Origin: Planctomycetota bacterium
GTDB lineage: Bacteria > Planctomycetota > PLA2 > JAEUHO01
Assembly: GCA_050248855.1 (NCBI GenBank)
Contig: JBFWRP010000008.1
Location: 120,867-184,866, forward strand
Reading direction: 5' to 3'
DNA: 64,000 nt
The notes under the pieces were generated by a model that was given only the letters and a program-made list of their open reading frames with translations, was not told where the DNA came from and ran no database searches. The position numbers were made by a program, and so were the translations under genes. Shown piece by piece: positions 48,143-57,803 of this stretch. Numbering within the stretch: position 1 is the stretch's first letter; every line of letters starts with the position of its first letter.

Positions 48143-49401
48143 TGTTGAACCGACGTGATCTCGTGCGAGGCGGCGCGCTGCTCCTCGGGTCCGGTGCCCT
48201 CCTCCGCCGAGCGCGTGCCGACGAAGAAGGCGCCACGGAGGTGCCTCCCGCCTCCTCGCCTCCTGCTGGCTACCGCCCCGTCATTACGCCCAACGGCGAG
48301 ACCCTGGCGTTCGTGATGAAGGACGGCGTCAAGGAGTTCCGCCTCGTTGCGCAGCCGGTCGAGCGCGAGTTCGCCCCTGGCATGACCGTGACCTGCTGGG
48401 GCTACAACGGCATCACACCGGGGCCCACGATCGAGGCGGTCCAAGGCGACCGCGTGCGCCTGTTCGTGAAGAACGAGCTGCCCGAGCACACCACGATCCA
48501 CTGGCACGGCCTGCGCCTGCCCAACGGCATGGACGGCGTAGGAGGACTCACGCAGCCCCACATCAAGCCTGGGGAGACCTGGGTCTACGAGTTCGACCTG
48601 CTGGACGCCGGGACGTTCATGTACCACCCGCATGCGGACGAGATGGTCCAGATGGCGGTGGGCATGATGGGCATGTTCATCGTGCATCCGCGCGAGTCCC
48701 AAGTCGCCCCTGTCGATCGTGACTTCGCCATCCTGACGCACGAATGGGCCGTGCACCCGGGTACGTACCGACCCGACCCGTCGGTCATGCTCGACTTCAA
48801 CCTGTTCACGTTCAACTCGAAAGTGTTTCCGGCGACGGACCCGTGGGTCGTGAAGACGGGCGAGCGCGTGCGCGTGCGCCTCGGCAACCTCTCCATGGAC
48901 CAACACCCGATCCACATCCACGGCCTGGCGTTCAAGGTGACGGCCACCGATGGGGGCCCCATTCCCGAAGCGGGACAGTGGCCGCAGACTACCGTCCCGG
49001 TGCCCGTGGGCAGCACGCGCGACATCGAGTTCGTCGCCGATGCGCCCGGGGACTGGGCGGTGCACTGCCACAAGTCGCACCACACGATGAACGCCATGGG
49101 GCACGACCTGCCCAACATGATGGGCGTGGACTTGGGGCCCGTGGAGCAGCGGATCCGACGCCTCCTGCCCGGCTACATGCACATGGGCAAGGACGGCATG
49201 GCCGAGATGCAGCCCATGAGCGAGCACATGAAGGGCCCGGCCAACACCCTGCCCATGATGATGGGCAAGGGCCCCTTCGGTCCCATCGAGATGGGGGGCA
49301 TGTTCACCGTGCTCAAGGTGCGCGATGACCTGACCAGCTACGAGGATCCCGGCTGGTACCAGCATCCCGAGGGCACGCTGGCCAGGAAGGTGGACGGGTA
49401 G
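48142..49401 (+). CDS. Tat-exported multicopper oxidase
   Basis: NRRDLV Tat signal; IHWHG, MYHPH, HPIHIHG, HCHKSHH; Met-rich tail. Confidence 0.92.
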   Translation: MLNRRDLVRGGALLLGSGALLRRARADEEGATEVPPASSPPAGYRPVITPNGETLAFVMKDGVKEFRLVAQPVEREFAPGMTVTCWGYNGITPGPTIEAVQGDRVRLFVKNELPEHTTIHWHGLRLPNGMDGVGGLTQPHIKPGETWVYEFDLLDAGTFMYHPHADEMVQMAVGMMGMFIVHPRESQVAPVDRDFAILTHEWAVHPGTYRPDPSVMLDFNLFTFNSKVFPATDPWVVKTGERVRVRLGNLSMDQHPIHIHGLAFKVTATDGGPIPEAGQWPQTTVPVPVGSTRDIEFVADAPGDWAVHCHKSHHTMNAMGHDLPNMMGVDLGPVEQRIRRLLPGYMHMGKDGMAEMQPMSEHMKGPANTLPMMMGKGPFGPIEMGGMFTVLKVRDDLTSYEDPGWYQHPEGTLARKVDG

Positions 49402-49408
49402 CTCGACT

Positions 49409-49622
49409 GGTACCCGTTCACCTTCGCCGAGAACGAGCCGTCAAGAGCCCGTAGACGCCGCTCGGAGCGGAGAGCGACCGCCACGCATCGGGTCGCCAGG
49501 GCGACGGTAGCGCGCCAGCATCGGTGACGACTCGTGGTCTGTTCACTCGAGGAGCCGATGCTGGTGCGGGACCGAGCATCTGGCGAGCCGCACGTCCGCA
49601 CTGCAGGGGCTGAACGGATACC
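49409..49622 (+). mobile_element. MITE family B with terminal inverted repeats and 6-bp target-site duplication
   Basis: Ends GGTACCCGTTCA / TGAACGGATACC; TCGACT at 49403-49408 and 49623-49628; homologous in inverted orientation to 59300-59577. Confidence 0.82.
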
Positions 49623-49637
49623 TCGACTGGCCCGCGA

Positions 49638-50033
49638 TCAGATCGACGCGCGAAGCCAGGCCAAGAGCACACCGGCGGCGGCGGCGCCCAGCGAAGCGAG
49701 GTAGATGCGCCGGGACGTGGCGCGATGCCGGGCGAGGTCGGTCGGATCGGTGACGGCCTCGGTGCCGGCGTCCGTCTCGCGCAGACCGCGCGCGGCGAGG
49801 GCCACTCAGGTGCCGGAGCCGCTCTGCAGGCCGTTGAGGGCGACCACGCCGGCCAGCGCACCCGCGGCGGCGAGGTAGGTCCAGAGCGGCCAGCCCGTCG
49901 GACCGACCGCCAGCACGATCGAGAGCCCGACCAACGCGCCGACGCCGCCGAACAGGCGGACGCGACGACCCTTGGTCGTGAGGTTGCCGATGGGGCAGGA
50001 AGCGCCTTGCCCCTCGGGTGCATCCGACGTCAC
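49638..50033 (-). CDS. Probable membrane selenoprotein (131 aa, TGA=Sec at codon 76)
   Basis: Frame stays open across TGA 49806-49808: ..LQSGSGT-U-VALAARGLRETDAG..; two hydrophobic helices before and one after; SECIS-like hairpin downstream. Confidence 0.78.
49776..49799 (-). promoter_or_regulatory. Putative bacterial SECIS hairpin
   Basis: CGCGC-GGUCU-GCGCG; GGUC begins after an 18-nt spacer from the UGA, like the E. coli fdhF SECIS. Confidence 0.7.
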
Positions 50034-50041
50034 GCCGCCAG

Positions 50042-51031
50042 CTACTCCGCGGCCTTCTCGAGCTCGGCCAAAAGCTCCTTGGCGCGGTCGCCGTGGGGGG
50101 TGCCCTCGTACTTCTTCACGTAGGGCTCGACCTTGCGCAGGGCCTTCTTCGGGGAGAGGCCCTCGATGTCTTCCATGAGCTTGCCGTACTTCTTGCCGGC
50201 GTCGATGGCCTTGCCCTTCTCGTCGTCCTTCTCCAAGGCCTTGGCCTTGGCCTCGGCGTCCTTGGCCACGTCCAGGCCCTTGTAGGCGTCGGCGAGCATG
50301 TCGTAGGCGAGCCACGCGTCGTAGGCCTTGCCCTTCTCCGCGTCGTGGTCGGCCCCCTCGAGGGTGGAGGTGGAGAACCAGTCGATCCACTCGACGACGG
50401 CCTTGGCGGCGGTCTGCACGTCCTCGTCCTTGTGCTCGCAGGACTTCTCGGCCTTGCTGCGCGCCGAGGCGTACTTCTGCTTGGCGAGGTCCTTCTCCAC
50501 GGAGGAAAGGGCCGACGGGAGCTCGGGGAGGAGGCGGGCGCCCGCGAGCTGCTCTTCCAGGACATTGGTCGGGAGCGAGCCCGGATGGCCCTTCCATGCG
50601 ACGCGGCCCGAGGGGCCGATCAACGCGCAGTGGGGGATCGACGTGACGCCGTAGGCCTTGCGCGTGGCGCCGTCCTCGATGAGGAACGGGTACTCGGCCT
50701 TGGTGTCCTCGACGAACTTCTCGACGGCGGCCTTGGGCTCGTCGGCCACGCCCAGGATGACGAGACCCTTGTCGGCGAACTTGTGCTTGAGCTCGTTCAG
50801 GTGGACCACCTGCGTCTTGCAGGGGCCTCAACCCGTTCCGATGAACTCGTAGAGGATCACCCGACCCCGGAGCTCGGGCAGCGTCACGGCGTCGCCGTTG
50901 ACCATCTCCTTGACGACCCACTCCGCAGCCGCGTCGCCGACGTCCAGCGCGGCGTCCGCCGAGCGAAGGGATGTCGTGCCAAGTGCCAGGGCCGCGGCAA
51001 GCGGCAGGGCAAGGAAGACCGTGCGCCTCAT
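50042..51031 (-). CDS. Probable selenoprotein: exported TlpA/AhpC-TSA thioredoxin-fold protein with UxxC motif and helical C-terminus (329 aa, Sec at codon 68)
   Basis: Signal peptide, LRGRVILYEFIGTG-U-GPC-KTQVVHLNEL..GLVILGV..YGVTSIP; ORFs 50828-51652 and 50042-50809 are in one frame separated by TGA 50828-50830. Confidence 0.9.
50798..50812 (-). promoter_or_regulatory. Putative bacterial SECIS hairpin
   Basis: CAGGUG-GUC-CACCUG, perfect 6-bp stem beginning 15 nt after the UGA. Confidence 0.72.
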
Positions 51032-51060
51032 GGGGACTCCTCCCGGGGATGCAGGGCAGT

Positions 51061-52149
51061 CTACGCGCAGCGCTCGACGCGCAGCGCACCTCCCACGCCC
51101 TGCGGGCCGCGAGCGACCAGGAGGGCATGAGCGCCGAGCGGCCAGGGGATCGTTCCGCCCCCGGGGCGCGGCAGGCGACCGCGGCGGGCCGCGGCGTCGA
51201 GCAGGGCCAAGGACACGCCGTCCGCGGCGAGGCCCACGTCCCCGATGTGGGGGTCCAGGCGGTAGGCGCCCGGCGGCAGGCCGCCAGGGCCCGTGGCGAA
51301 CACGGCGACGGGCAGCGGGCCCCCGTGCGCATCGGGCAGCGGTCCGTTGGTGCCGGGTGCGTGCCCGACCTCGAGGCCCGTGACGCGCGTGCAAGGCCGG
51401 ACGTCGCCCGTGTCCTGCGGAGCCAGCACGACCACGGCCGCGGCATCGCCGGGGGCCGTGGCCGGGGCATGCGGCGCCGAAGCCAGCGCCCGCTCGTGGC
51501 GGGCAACGGGCTGCGTCAGGCGCGCGCCCCAGGCCATGACGGCGAGGTCGAGCGTCCCCCGCTGCAGGGCGCGCGCCGCCATGTCGAGCAGGACCAGGCC
51601 ACTGGCGCCATGGCCAGCTCCGCTCGTGTTGGCGCCGCGGAGGTCGAACCACGAAGCGAGGAAGGAGAACGCGTTGTTCTTCAAGTCCTCGAGCAGGAAG
51701 AACGGCTTCACCACGCGCAGCGACGCGCGGTTGATCGCTTCGTCGGTCGGCGTGCCGTCCGACTCGTGGGTGTCCGCGGCGTGGACGGCCGGCGTGAAGT
51801 CGTGGCAGTCCCAGTCGCCGGCGTCCATCTGCGCGAGCCAGAGTCCGCGGCGCTCGGCCTTCGCGGCATCGGCCACGAAATGGGCGTGGGCGGCAGCGGC
51901 ATACGCGGCGTCGGCCAGCATCTTGCCGCTCCCCGATAGGAACTTCACCTGCGGGTCGAGATCGGGCGGGAGCGGCACGTGCACGTCGGACGCGTCGGCC
52001 ACGGCGGCCAACGCGCGCGCGCGGTCGTCGCCCGCATCGCCTTGGTCGACGACGGCCGAGCGGCCGGCTTCCAACGCATCGAGCGTCTGCTGCGCGTCGC
52101 CGAACGCCGTCACGACCGCGGCGCCGAGGATGTCGAGCGCAGGCGTCAC
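51061..52149 (-). CDS. Ketosynthase-like protein lacking catalytic Cys (chain-length-factor-like)
   Basis: KPFFLLEDLKNNAFSFLA..LRGANTSGAGHGASG..PGDAAAVVVL; no Cys at the active-site position. Confidence 0.75.
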   Translation of the reverse strand: MTPALDILGAAVVTAFGDAQQTLDALEAGRSAVVDQGDAGDDRARALAAVADASDVHVPLPPDLDPQVKFLSGSGKMLADAAYAAAAHAHFVADAAKAERRGLWLAQMDAGDWDCHDFTPAVHAADTHESDGTPTDEAINRASLRVVKPFFLLEDLKNNAFSFLASWFDLRGANTSGAGHGASGLVLLDMAARALQRGTLDLAVMAWGARLTQPVARHERALASAPHAPATAPGDAAAVVVLAPQDTGDVRPCTRVTGLEVGHAPGTNGPLPDAHGGPLPVAVFATGPGGLPPGAYRLDPHIGDVGLAADGVSLALLDAAARRGRLPRPGGGTIPWPLGAHALLVARGPQGVGGALRVERCA

Positions 52150-52556
52150 GAGGGCGAGCCTCCCGGCTCGACGAGGTGCGGCACGAGACGGCCTTCGATC
52201 TCGAGGGAGGCGCCCGGCTCGTCGCCCACGGCGCACGTCACGTGGTAGGCCCGACGTCCCTCGGGTGCGTCCATCGCCGCGAGCGTGATGTCCACGCGCT
52301 CGTCGGGGCCGACGAGGCGCGTCCAGCGCGCCGTGATCACGCGGTCGAGAAGGAAGGCCGTGATGCCTCCGGAGCGCGCCATCTCGTGGAGGTGGGCGAG
52401 CTGCGCCGCGGCCTCCAGCACGAGGTTGCCCGGAACGACGGCGCGCTCGGGGAAGTGGTGGTCGAAGATCTCGTGGCCCCGGGCCAAGCAGAGCGACCCG
52501 CGGACGATGCAGGCGTCGGACGCGGAGCCGTCGTGGTCCACGATCTGGAACCTCAT
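52146..52556 (-). CDS. FabA/FabZ-like hydroxyacyl-ACP dehydratase
   Basis: IFDHHFPERAVVPGNLVLEAAAQ. Confidence 0.85.
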   Translation of the reverse strand: MRFQIVDHDGSASDACIVRGSLCLARGHEIFDHHFPERAVVPGNLVLEAAAQLAHLHEMARSGGITAFLLDRVITARWTRLVGPDERVDITLAAMDAPEGRRAYHVTCAVGDEPGASLEIEGRLVPHLVEPGGSPS

Positions 52557-52954
52557 GACGCGCCTCCCACGGGGAACAGCACGCTCGCGAGCGCGTAGTC
52601 TCCGTCGTGCGAGAGCGACAGGACACCGCCCTCGAGGCGCCGTGCCTCGGCGCGCTTGGCGAGCTTGCCCAAGAGGCGCACGCCGGGCGGGCCTCCGGCG
52701 CGACGTACTTCCACGTCCTGGAAGCGGCTGTCGATGCCGACGCCGCCGAGCCCCACGCCGAGCGCCTTGAACACGGCTTCCTTGGCGGCGAAGCGCGCGG
52801 CGAGATGCGTGATGGGGTCGGCGCGGTCGCCGACGTCGTGGAGCTCCCCGGGCGTGAACACGCGCGCCTGGCGCTCGGGCCGGCCCTCGAAGACCTCCCG
52901 GAAGCGGGGCACGTGGACCAGATCCACGCCGTGGGCGAGCGAGGCGAACGTCAT
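52553..52954 (-). CDS. acpS: Holo-ACP synthase (phosphopantetheinyl transferase)
   Basis: GVDLV, FTPGE, LAARFAAKEAVFKALG, LSLSHD. Confidence 0.92.
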   Translation of the reverse strand: MTFASLAHGVDLVHVPRFREVFEGRPERQARVFTPGELHDVGDRADPITHLAARFAAKEAVFKALGVGLGGVGIDSRFQDVEVRRAGGPPGVRLLGKLAKRAEARRLEGGVLSLSHDGDYALASVLFPVGGAS

Positions 52955-53706
52955 GCGACCGAGAGCCCTCCGTCCACGACGAAGCCCTGCCCGGTAATGT
53001 AGGCCGCGTCGTCGGAGAGCAGGAAGCGCACGAGGCCCGCGACGTCGTCGGGCGTGCCGTAGCGCTTCAAGGGGATGTGTTCGAGGATGCGGTTGCCGGC
53101 CTTGCGCTGCAGCGACGCCGTCATGTCCGTGTCGATGAAGCCCGGCAGCACGGCGTTCACCGTGATGCCGCGCTCGGCGACTTCCAGCGCCGCGGCGCGG
53201 GTCAAGGCGAGCAGGCCCGCCTTGGCCGCGGCGTAGTTGGGCTGGCCGAGGCCGCCCCGGATGGCCTGGATGCTGCTGACCTGCACGACGCGACCCGCGC
53301 GCGCGCGCAGCATGCCGCGCAGCACGCGCTGCAGGATCTTGAACGGCGCATCGAGGTCCACGTCGAGCACGCGGCGCCAGTCCTTCTCGCGCATCGTCAG
53401 CACGAGGCCGTCCTTGGTGAGCCCGGCGTTGGCGACGTAGGCGTCCAGCGGGCCGTCGGCTTCGACGCGGGCCAGCATCGCGTCCAGCTGCGCCGCGTCC
53501 CCGAGGTCGGCCTGCACGACGGTTGCGGCACCGCCCGCCGCTTCGATGTCGGCCGCCACGGCCTTCGCGGCGTCTTCGCGCCCGGCGTAGTGCACGAACA
53601 CGTGGTTGCCGTCCGCGCCCAGTCGCCTGGCAATTGCCGCCCCGATGCCCCGGGAGGCACCGGTCACGAGCACGCGGCGGCGGGTAGGGGGGAGGGCCTC
53701 GCTCAT
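52951..53706 (-). CDS. fabG: 3-oxoacyl-ACP reductase (SDR)
   Basis: TGASRGIG, NAGLTKD, GQPNYAAAKAG, PGFIDTDMT. Confidence 0.9.
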   Translation of the reverse strand: MSEALPPTRRRVLVTGASRGIGAAIARRLGADGNHVFVHYAGREDAAKAVAADIEAAGGAATVVQADLGDAAQLDAMLARVEADGPLDAYVANAGLTKDGLVLTMREKDWRRVLDVDLDAPFKILQRVLRGMLRARAGRVVQVSSIQAIRGGLGQPNYAAAKAGLLALTRAAALEVAERGITVNAVLPGFIDTDMTASLQRKAGNRILEHIPLKRYGTPDDVAGLVRFLLSDDAAYITGQGFVVDGGLSVA

Positions 53707-54998
53707 CGGCTGGATCCTCGCCCGGCTTCGTCGAAGCGGGAAACGACGAGGCAGGCGTTCTGGCCGCCGAAGGCGAAGGCGTCGTTCATCGCGGCACGAA
53801 CGGGCGTCGCGCGGCCCTGGCCCGGCACGTGGTCGAGGTCGCAGTGGCGATCGGGGTCGGCCAGGTTCGCGGTGGGGGGCACGGCCTGGCGCTGCAGGGC
53901 GCTGACGCAGGCCACGAAGGCCACGCCCGCGGCGCCCGAGAGAAGATGCCCGAGGGCGCCCTTCGACGACGTCACGGCGAGCTTCGTCGCGTGCTCGCCG
54001 AACGCGGCCTTCACGGCGTGCACCTCGGCCGGGTCGTTGCGCTTGGTGCCCGTGCCGTGCGCGTTCACGAAGTCGATGTCCCCGGGCCCGAGGGCCCCGT
54101 CGGCGAGCGCCGCGCGCATGGCGTGGGCCGCGCCCTTGCCCTCCGGTTCGGGCGCCGTGATGCGCCACGCATCGAGCGTCGCGCCGTAGCCCGTGACCTC
54201 GGCCAGGATCGTGGCGCCGCGCGCGCGCGCGTGGTCGAGCGCCTCGAGCACGGCGCAGCCTGCGCCTTCGCCCATCACGAGACCGCTGCGCTTGCGGTCG
54301 AAGGGACGGCACGCCGCGGCCGGGTCGTGCGGGTCGACGTGCGCGGCCGCGCCGAGCAGCACGAAGAACACGAGGCCTTGCGGGTTGACCATGCTGTCGC
54401 TGCCGCCCGCTACGGCCACGTCGATCTCGCCGCGGCGGATCATGCGGTAGGCGATGCCGAGGGCCTGGTTGGCCGCCGCGCACGCGGTGGTCACGGCATG
54501 CACGGGTCCGTGCGTTCCGGCACGACGCGCCACGAGGGCAGCAGGAGCTTCCGCGCGACGCGGCAAGCCCAGCGAGTCCGGTCGGCCCGGCTCGAGCCCT
54601 TCGGCGTACCGCGCCACGTCGAACGCCTCGCCCGCCGACGGGGCGAGGCGCGCCGGGTCGAAGTGGCCCGGGCCGCTTCCGAGCACCACGCCCAAGCGCG
54701 GTGCACCCGACGCATCGAGACCGGCATGGCGAAGCGCCTGCTCGGCGGCGGCCACACCCGCCAGCGTGCGCACGTCCTCGCCGGCATCCGGGCCCAGCTC
54801 ACGCCGCAGGCGGGCCAGCAGCTCGTCGGGCAGCTCGGCCAAGGCCTGCGTGGGCGGCGCATGCTCGGCGAGGCCCGGCCGCCGCGGGGCCGTGACCGCG
54901 ACCTCGCCGGCGACGAGGCGGTCGAAGACACGCTCGACGTCATCGCCGAGCGGCGTCACCAGGCCCAGGCCCGTCACCACGACGCGGCGCGCGCTCAT
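53703..54998 (-). CDS. Beta-ketoacyl-ACP synthase (FabF-like, catalytic residues intact)
   Basis: TACAAA, NAHGTGT, KGALGH, AFAFGGQN. Confidence 0.9.
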   Translation of the reverse strand: MSARRVVVTGLGLVTPLGDDVERVFDRLVAGEVAVTAPRRPGLAEHAPPTQALAELPDELLARLRRELGPDAGEDVRTLAGVAAAEQALRHAGLDASGAPRLGVVLGSGPGHFDPARLAPSAGEAFDVARYAEGLEPGRPDSLGLPRRAEAPAALVARRAGTHGPVHAVTTACAAANQALGIAYRMIRRGEIDVAVAGGSDSMVNPQGLVFFVLLGAAAHVDPHDPAAACRPFDRKRSGLVMGEGAGCAVLEALDHARARGATILAEVTGYGATLDAWRITAPEPEGKGAAHAMRAALADGALGPGDIDFVNAHGTGTKRNDPAEVHAVKAAFGEHATKLAVTSSKGALGHLLSGAAGVAFVACVSALQRQAVPPTANLADPDRHCDLDHVPGQGRATPVRAAMNDAFAFGGQNACLVVSRFDEAGRGSSR

Positions 54999-55429
54999 GC
55001 CGGCCCCCCCAGGGCAGCGAAGCGCGCCTGCATCACGGCGGGGTCCATGCCCTCCACGTGCGCGTAGAGCACGCGGCCGGCGCGGGCCACCACCTCGCCG
55101 TCGACACGCGCCTCGACGCGGCCGAGGCTGCCCTTGGGATTGGTGCCCAGCAGGTGGCCCGTGATCGCGAGCACGGTGCCGGGCTTCAGGTCGGGGGGGA
55201 TCTCGACGTCGTCCACCCCGGCCATCACGACGCTCACGATGAAGCCGTGCTTGGCGATGGCCGTCCACGCCAGGAGCTGGACCATCGCTTCCAGAACGAG
55301 TGCGGGCGGGTAGCCGTGCGCGCCGGTCGGCGCGCCGAACGCGTCGTCGCTCGCGGAGAGCAGCTTCACGCCCTCGATGCGCTTGCCCGCTTCGAAGGCC
55401 GTGACGCGGTCGAAGAGGACGAACCTCAT
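54995..55429 (-). CDS. FabZ-like hot-dog-fold dehydratase subunit (catalytic HFP motif absent)
   Basis: MRFVLFDRV..GYPPALVLEAMVQL. Confidence 0.75.
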   Translation of the reverse strand: MRFVLFDRVTAFEAGKRIEGVKLLSASDDAFGAPTGAHGYPPALVLEAMVQLLAWTAIAKHGFIVSVVMAGVDDVEIPPDLKPGTVLAITGHLLGTNPKGSLGRVEARVDGEVVARAGRVLYAHVEGMDPAVMQARFAALGGPA

Positions 55430-56466
55430 GCGACCTCCAGCACGAGCGCGCCACGACCGCCGTTCGGACCGCGCACGAGCAGCAGGTGGGCGCCGGCCGG
55501 CTCCTCGCCGGGACGCGCGTCGAGCCCGGCCACGACGGCCATCGCGCTCGCCGGCCCCAGATGACCGACAGCCGCCTCGGGGTCGCGTCGCGCCGTGCTC
55601 GAGAGGCCCAAGGCCGCCAGGGCCCGGGTCAAGGCGGGTTCTTCGGTCGCGTGCACGACGACCGGGGATGTTCCGCCCGCGGCGGCGAGGGCGTGCTCGA
55701 TCACGTCCTCCCACGAAGTGGCGTCGTCGGTCGCGCCGTGGCCCGTGGTGCCGGCCAGGATCGACACGGCACCGCGCGGCCGGGGTGCGGGCGACGTGCC
55801 CAGCAGCAGCGCGGCGGCGCCCTGGCCGAGCGGACGTCCGGGCGGCCAGCCTTCGACGTAGGCCCGCGCTTCGGCAAACGCGCCGGGCCGCGGTGCGGTG
55901 GCGCCCACGAGCGAAGCCGTCGTGTGGCCTTCCCGTACCGACCAGGCGGCCTCGAGCACGGCGCGCACGCCGGCGTCCGCCTCGCTGCCGAACACGGCGT
56001 TCTCGCCGCGCACTGCCAAGTCGATCGCGACCTGGCCCACGGCCACGTTGTTGAGCTGGGCCAGAGGCCAGAGGGGATGCAGCGAGCGGAAGCCGCCGCC
56101 GAAGAAGCGTGCGAGGTCGAAGCGACCGTCCTTGGCCAGCGAGGCGCGAAGCGCCGGCAGGACGTCGTCGGGCTCGGGGTCGACGACGTCCGTGGCCACG
56201 AAGAGGCCGATGCGGTCGCGATCGAGGCTCCCCGCATCACCGGCTTCGTGCACGGCGCCGAGCACGGCCACCAGCTGCCGCCCGTGGTGGCCGAGCACGC
56301 GAAGCGCCGGGTCGTCCTCGCCCGGCGGCTCGTCGTCGACGTCGGGCGTGCGGGCGCGCGCGGCCAGCCGGGGGCCCCAGGCCGCAGGCACGTCGCGCCA
56401 CGCGGGCGCGCCCTCGCCGCTCGTGGAGACCACGCTGGCGAGGACGGTGGCGAGCGGCTCGGTCAT
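55426..56466 (-). CDS. Ketosynthase-like protein lacking catalytic Cys (chain-length-factor-like)
   Basis: HPLWPLAQLNNVAVGQVAI..RGENAVFGSEADAG, LGQGAAALLL, VGHLG. Confidence 0.75.
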   Translation of the reverse strand: MTEPLATVLASVVSTSGEGAPAWRDVPAAWGPRLAARARTPDVDDEPPGEDDPALRVLGHHGRQLVAVLGAVHEAGDAGSLDRDRIGLFVATDVVDPEPDDVLPALRASLAKDGRFDLARFFGGGFRSLHPLWPLAQLNNVAVGQVAIDLAVRGENAVFGSEADAGVRAVLEAAWSVREGHTTASLVGATAPRPGAFAEARAYVEGWPPGRPLGQGAAALLLGTSPAPRPRGAVSILAGTTGHGATDDATSWEDVIEHALAAAGGTSPVVVHATEEPALTRALAALGLSSTARRDPEAAVGHLGPASAMAVVAGLDARPGEEPAGAHLLLVRGPNGGRGALVLEVA

Positions 56467-57803
56467 GCCCCGCGCCCGAGGCAGAGGCAGCCGTTCTGGC
56501 CGCCGAACCCGAAGCTGTTCGAGAGCGCGATCGCGTGCTCGTGCGACCGGGCCTCGTGGGGCACGTAGTCGAGCCGGCACTTGCGGTCCGGCGCATCGAG
56601 GTTGCGCGTGGGCAAGACCACGCCGCGGCGCATGCCTTCGAACGTGAGGATGGCCTCGATGGCGCCCGCGGCGCCGATCGCGTGCCCGAGCATGGACTTG
56701 TTGCTGCTCACCGGCACGTGCGCGACCGCTTCACCGAGCGCCTTCTCGAGCGCCGCCGATTCGATCGGGTCGTTCATCGCCGTGCTCGTTCCGTGGGCGT
56801 TGACGTAGCCGATGTCGTGCGGATGCACGCTCGCGTCGCGCAGGGCGCCACGGATGGCGGCCAGGGCGCCGCGCCCCTCCGGGTGGGGATCGGTGATGCG
56901 GAACGCATCGGCCGAGTCGCCGTAGCCGAGGACTTCGCCGAGGACTTCGCGCCCCCGGGCCTTGGCGCCGTCCAGGCGTTCGAGCACCAGCACACCGGCG
57001 CCCTCGGCGATCACGAAGCCGTTGCGCTTGCGGTCGAAGGGGCGCGAGGCCGTCTCGGGCGAGGCGTACCGGCGCGTCAGCGCGCCGAGCAGCGCGAAGC
57101 CGACCACGTAGGTGTAGACGAGGAGCGGCTCGGTGCCGCCGACCACCACGACGTCGGCGCGCCCATCGCGGATCAGGCGCAAGCCTTCGCCGATCGCCTG
57201 CGTGCCTGCCGCACACGCCGACACGATCGGCAGCACGGGCCCGCGCGCGTCGATGAGGCGCGCCAGGAGGAGCGGCGCGGTGTCGGGCGAGCGGCGCAGG
57301 CCCTGGCGACGGTCGTAGCGCGCGTCGCGGGCGAGGCCTTCCAGGTTCACGCGGCCCTGCTCGTCGACGTAGCGCGCCGCGTGGACGTAGTTCTCCTTCA
57401 AGGGCGTGCAGCCGTGGCCGCCGAGGATCACGGCCACGCGTCGGCGGTCCGCGATGGGCGCGGCCAGGTGGACCGCGCCTGCCTGGCGCGCGGCCGTGCG
57501 CAGCAGGTGCCACGCACTCCCGCCGATCTCGTCCTCGGGCTCGGCAGCGTCGAGCGCGTCGAGGTCGATCTCGCCACCGATGTCGCACGGCAAGCCGGTG
57601 GGGTCGAAGCGCGTGAGCCGGGCGATGCCGGACTCGGCGCGCGCGGCCGCCTCGAACGTGGCGGCGACGTCGGGGCCCAGGGCGCTGACCATCCCCATGC
57701 CCGTGACCACGACACGCTGGGCGTCCGGTCGTGCGGTGGGAGCGACGCGGGCCCAGTCGACGGGCGCGGGGCTGTTGGCGCCTACGGGTCCGTCCGCGCT
57801 CAC
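56463..57803 (-). CDS. Beta-ketoacyl-ACP synthase (FabF-like, catalytic residues intact)
   Basis: RVVVTGMG, SACAAG, NAHGTST, KSMLGH, SNSFGFGGQN. Confidence 0.92.
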   Translation of the reverse strand: MSADGPVGANSPAPVDWARVAPTARPDAQRVVVTGMGMVSALGPDVAATFEAAARAESGIARLTRFDPTGLPCDIGGEIDLDALDAAEPEDEIGGSAWHLLRTAARQAGAVHLAAPIADRRRVAVILGGHGCTPLKENYVHAARYVDEQGRVNLEGLARDARYDRRQGLRRSPDTAPLLLARLIDARGPVLPIVSACAAGTQAIGEGLRLIRDGRADVVVVGGTEPLLVYTYVVGFALLGALTRRYASPETASRPFDRKRNGFVIAEGAGVLVLERLDGAKARGREVLGEVLGYGDSADAFRITDPHPEGRGALAAIRGALRDASVHPHDIGYVNAHGTSTAMNDPIESAALEKALGEAVAHVPVSSNKSMLGHAIGAAGAIEAILTFEGMRRGVVLPTRNLDAPDRKCRLDYVPHEARSHEHAIALSNSFGFGGQNGCLCLGRGA

